Assembly (NCBI RefSeq): GCF_046119375.1
Contig: NW_027362764.1
Span: 734,142,001-734,206,000, forward strand
Direction: 5' to 3'
Source of the DNA: Phyllobates terribilis
Lineage: Eukaryota
DNA: 64,000 nucleotides
The notes beneath the pieces were generated by a model, which made no database searches, was not told the origin of the DNA, and was given only the letters and a program-made list of their open reading frames with translations. How positions within the stretch are numbered: the first letter of the stretch is position 1; the number at the start of each line of letters is the position of its first letter. Shown here one piece after another: positions 63,139 to 64,000 of the stretch. A program made the translations under genes and the position numbers.

Positions 63139-63530
63139 AAGGGATTGTCCAGGACTTTAACAAGGATATAAATCATCAATGTCTGATCGGTGGGGTTGTG
63201 AAACCCAGCGCCTCCTGCGATTAGCTGTTCCCGGTGTTGGCGGCAGCCGGAACTGCTCAGTTGTGAAGCTCCATCAACGAAATAGTGGCTGCAGTCGGGC
63301 ACTGCACATCCACCCCCTATTGATTTGAATAGGTGACAGATGTACAGTACACAGCCATGGCCACTATACAGTCGACGGACTTATGTTGTGCAGCTCTGTA
63401 ATTGAGCAGTTCCGGATGCCATCAACACCAGGAACAGTTGATTGGCGGGTTGCCAGGTATCGCACCCCCACTGATCATACATTAATGACCCATCCTAAGG
63501 TCATCAATGTTAAATTTCTAGACAAACCCT
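63139..63530. mobile_element. T2/Kolobok-type MITE
   Basis: TTAA flanks. Degenerate TIR AAGGGATTGTCCAGGACTTTAAC / GTTAAATTTCTAGACAAACCCT. Confidence 0.75.
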
Positions 63531-63746
63531 TTAAGATCTGTGAATTAGGGAATCTCTACTCCTTAGATAGAGAGGAGCAAGCAGCCACTAGAAACCCTAA
63601 TGGTGGCTTATCTCCTGGAAAAACAAAGGGATCAGGCAGGTAAATTCAAACAGCCTGATCCTTTTTTCCCCTGAGGTCATCTGTTAGGATAGAAATAGGA
63701 TACCCCCATAGACATTAGATAGCTGCCTGGTCCTGCCAAAATCAGT

Positions 63747-64000
63747 AGAATCACAGAATGTTAGAGTGGAAGGGACCTCCAGGGTCATCGTGTCCAACCC
63801 CCTGCTCAATGCAGGATTCACTAAACCATCTCAGACAGATGTCTGTCCAGCCTCTGTTTGAAGACTTCCATTGAAGGAGAACTCACCACCGTTCATGACA
63901 GCCTGTTCCACTCATTGATCTCCCTCACTGTCAAAAAGTTTTTTCTAATATCTAATCTGTATCTTCTCCTTTTCAGTTTCATTCCATTGCTCCTTGTGTA
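63747..64000 (-). mobile_element. CR1 LINE 3' end (ORF2 C-terminus, 3' UTR and tail)
   Basis: Minus frame TRSNGMKLKRRRYRLDIRKNFLTVREINEWNRLS*TVVSSPSMEVFKQRLDRHLSEMV*, followed by an ATTCTGTGATTCT tail typical of CR1. Confidence 0.93.

Overview
AT-rich, repeat-dense vertebrate genomic DNA. The TTAA-flanked T2/Kolobok-type MITEs, piggyBac-like element, CR1 tail and Tc1 remnants suggest an anuran, probably a hyloid frog (inference). I could not confidently identify any host protein-coding exon. All long ORFs in the track come from minisatellites, GATA tracts or palindromic MITEs. The window is mostly transposon debris: three TSD-flanked solo LTRs, many TTAA-, TA-, TWA- and 8-bp-TSD MITEs, a 3.7-kb non-autonomous piggyBac-like element, a 2.45-kb composite hAT-like element with a 31-bp minisatellite, a Tc1 transposase pseudogene, a DD41D-like Tc1/mariner remnant split in frame by a MITE, and a CR1 3' end. 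The most notable signal is a set of minimal hammerhead-ribozyme motifs of the Penelope-like-element type at five loci. Three loci are short fold-back units with two divergent hammerhead copies (32.9-33.3, 50.7-51.0, 61.6-61.85 kb). Two loci carry a U3-A8 compensated core instead of C3-G8. A few unique AT-rich islands and isolated splice-site pairs may be regulatory elements or exons of a long-intron gene, but sequence alone cannot confirm this.
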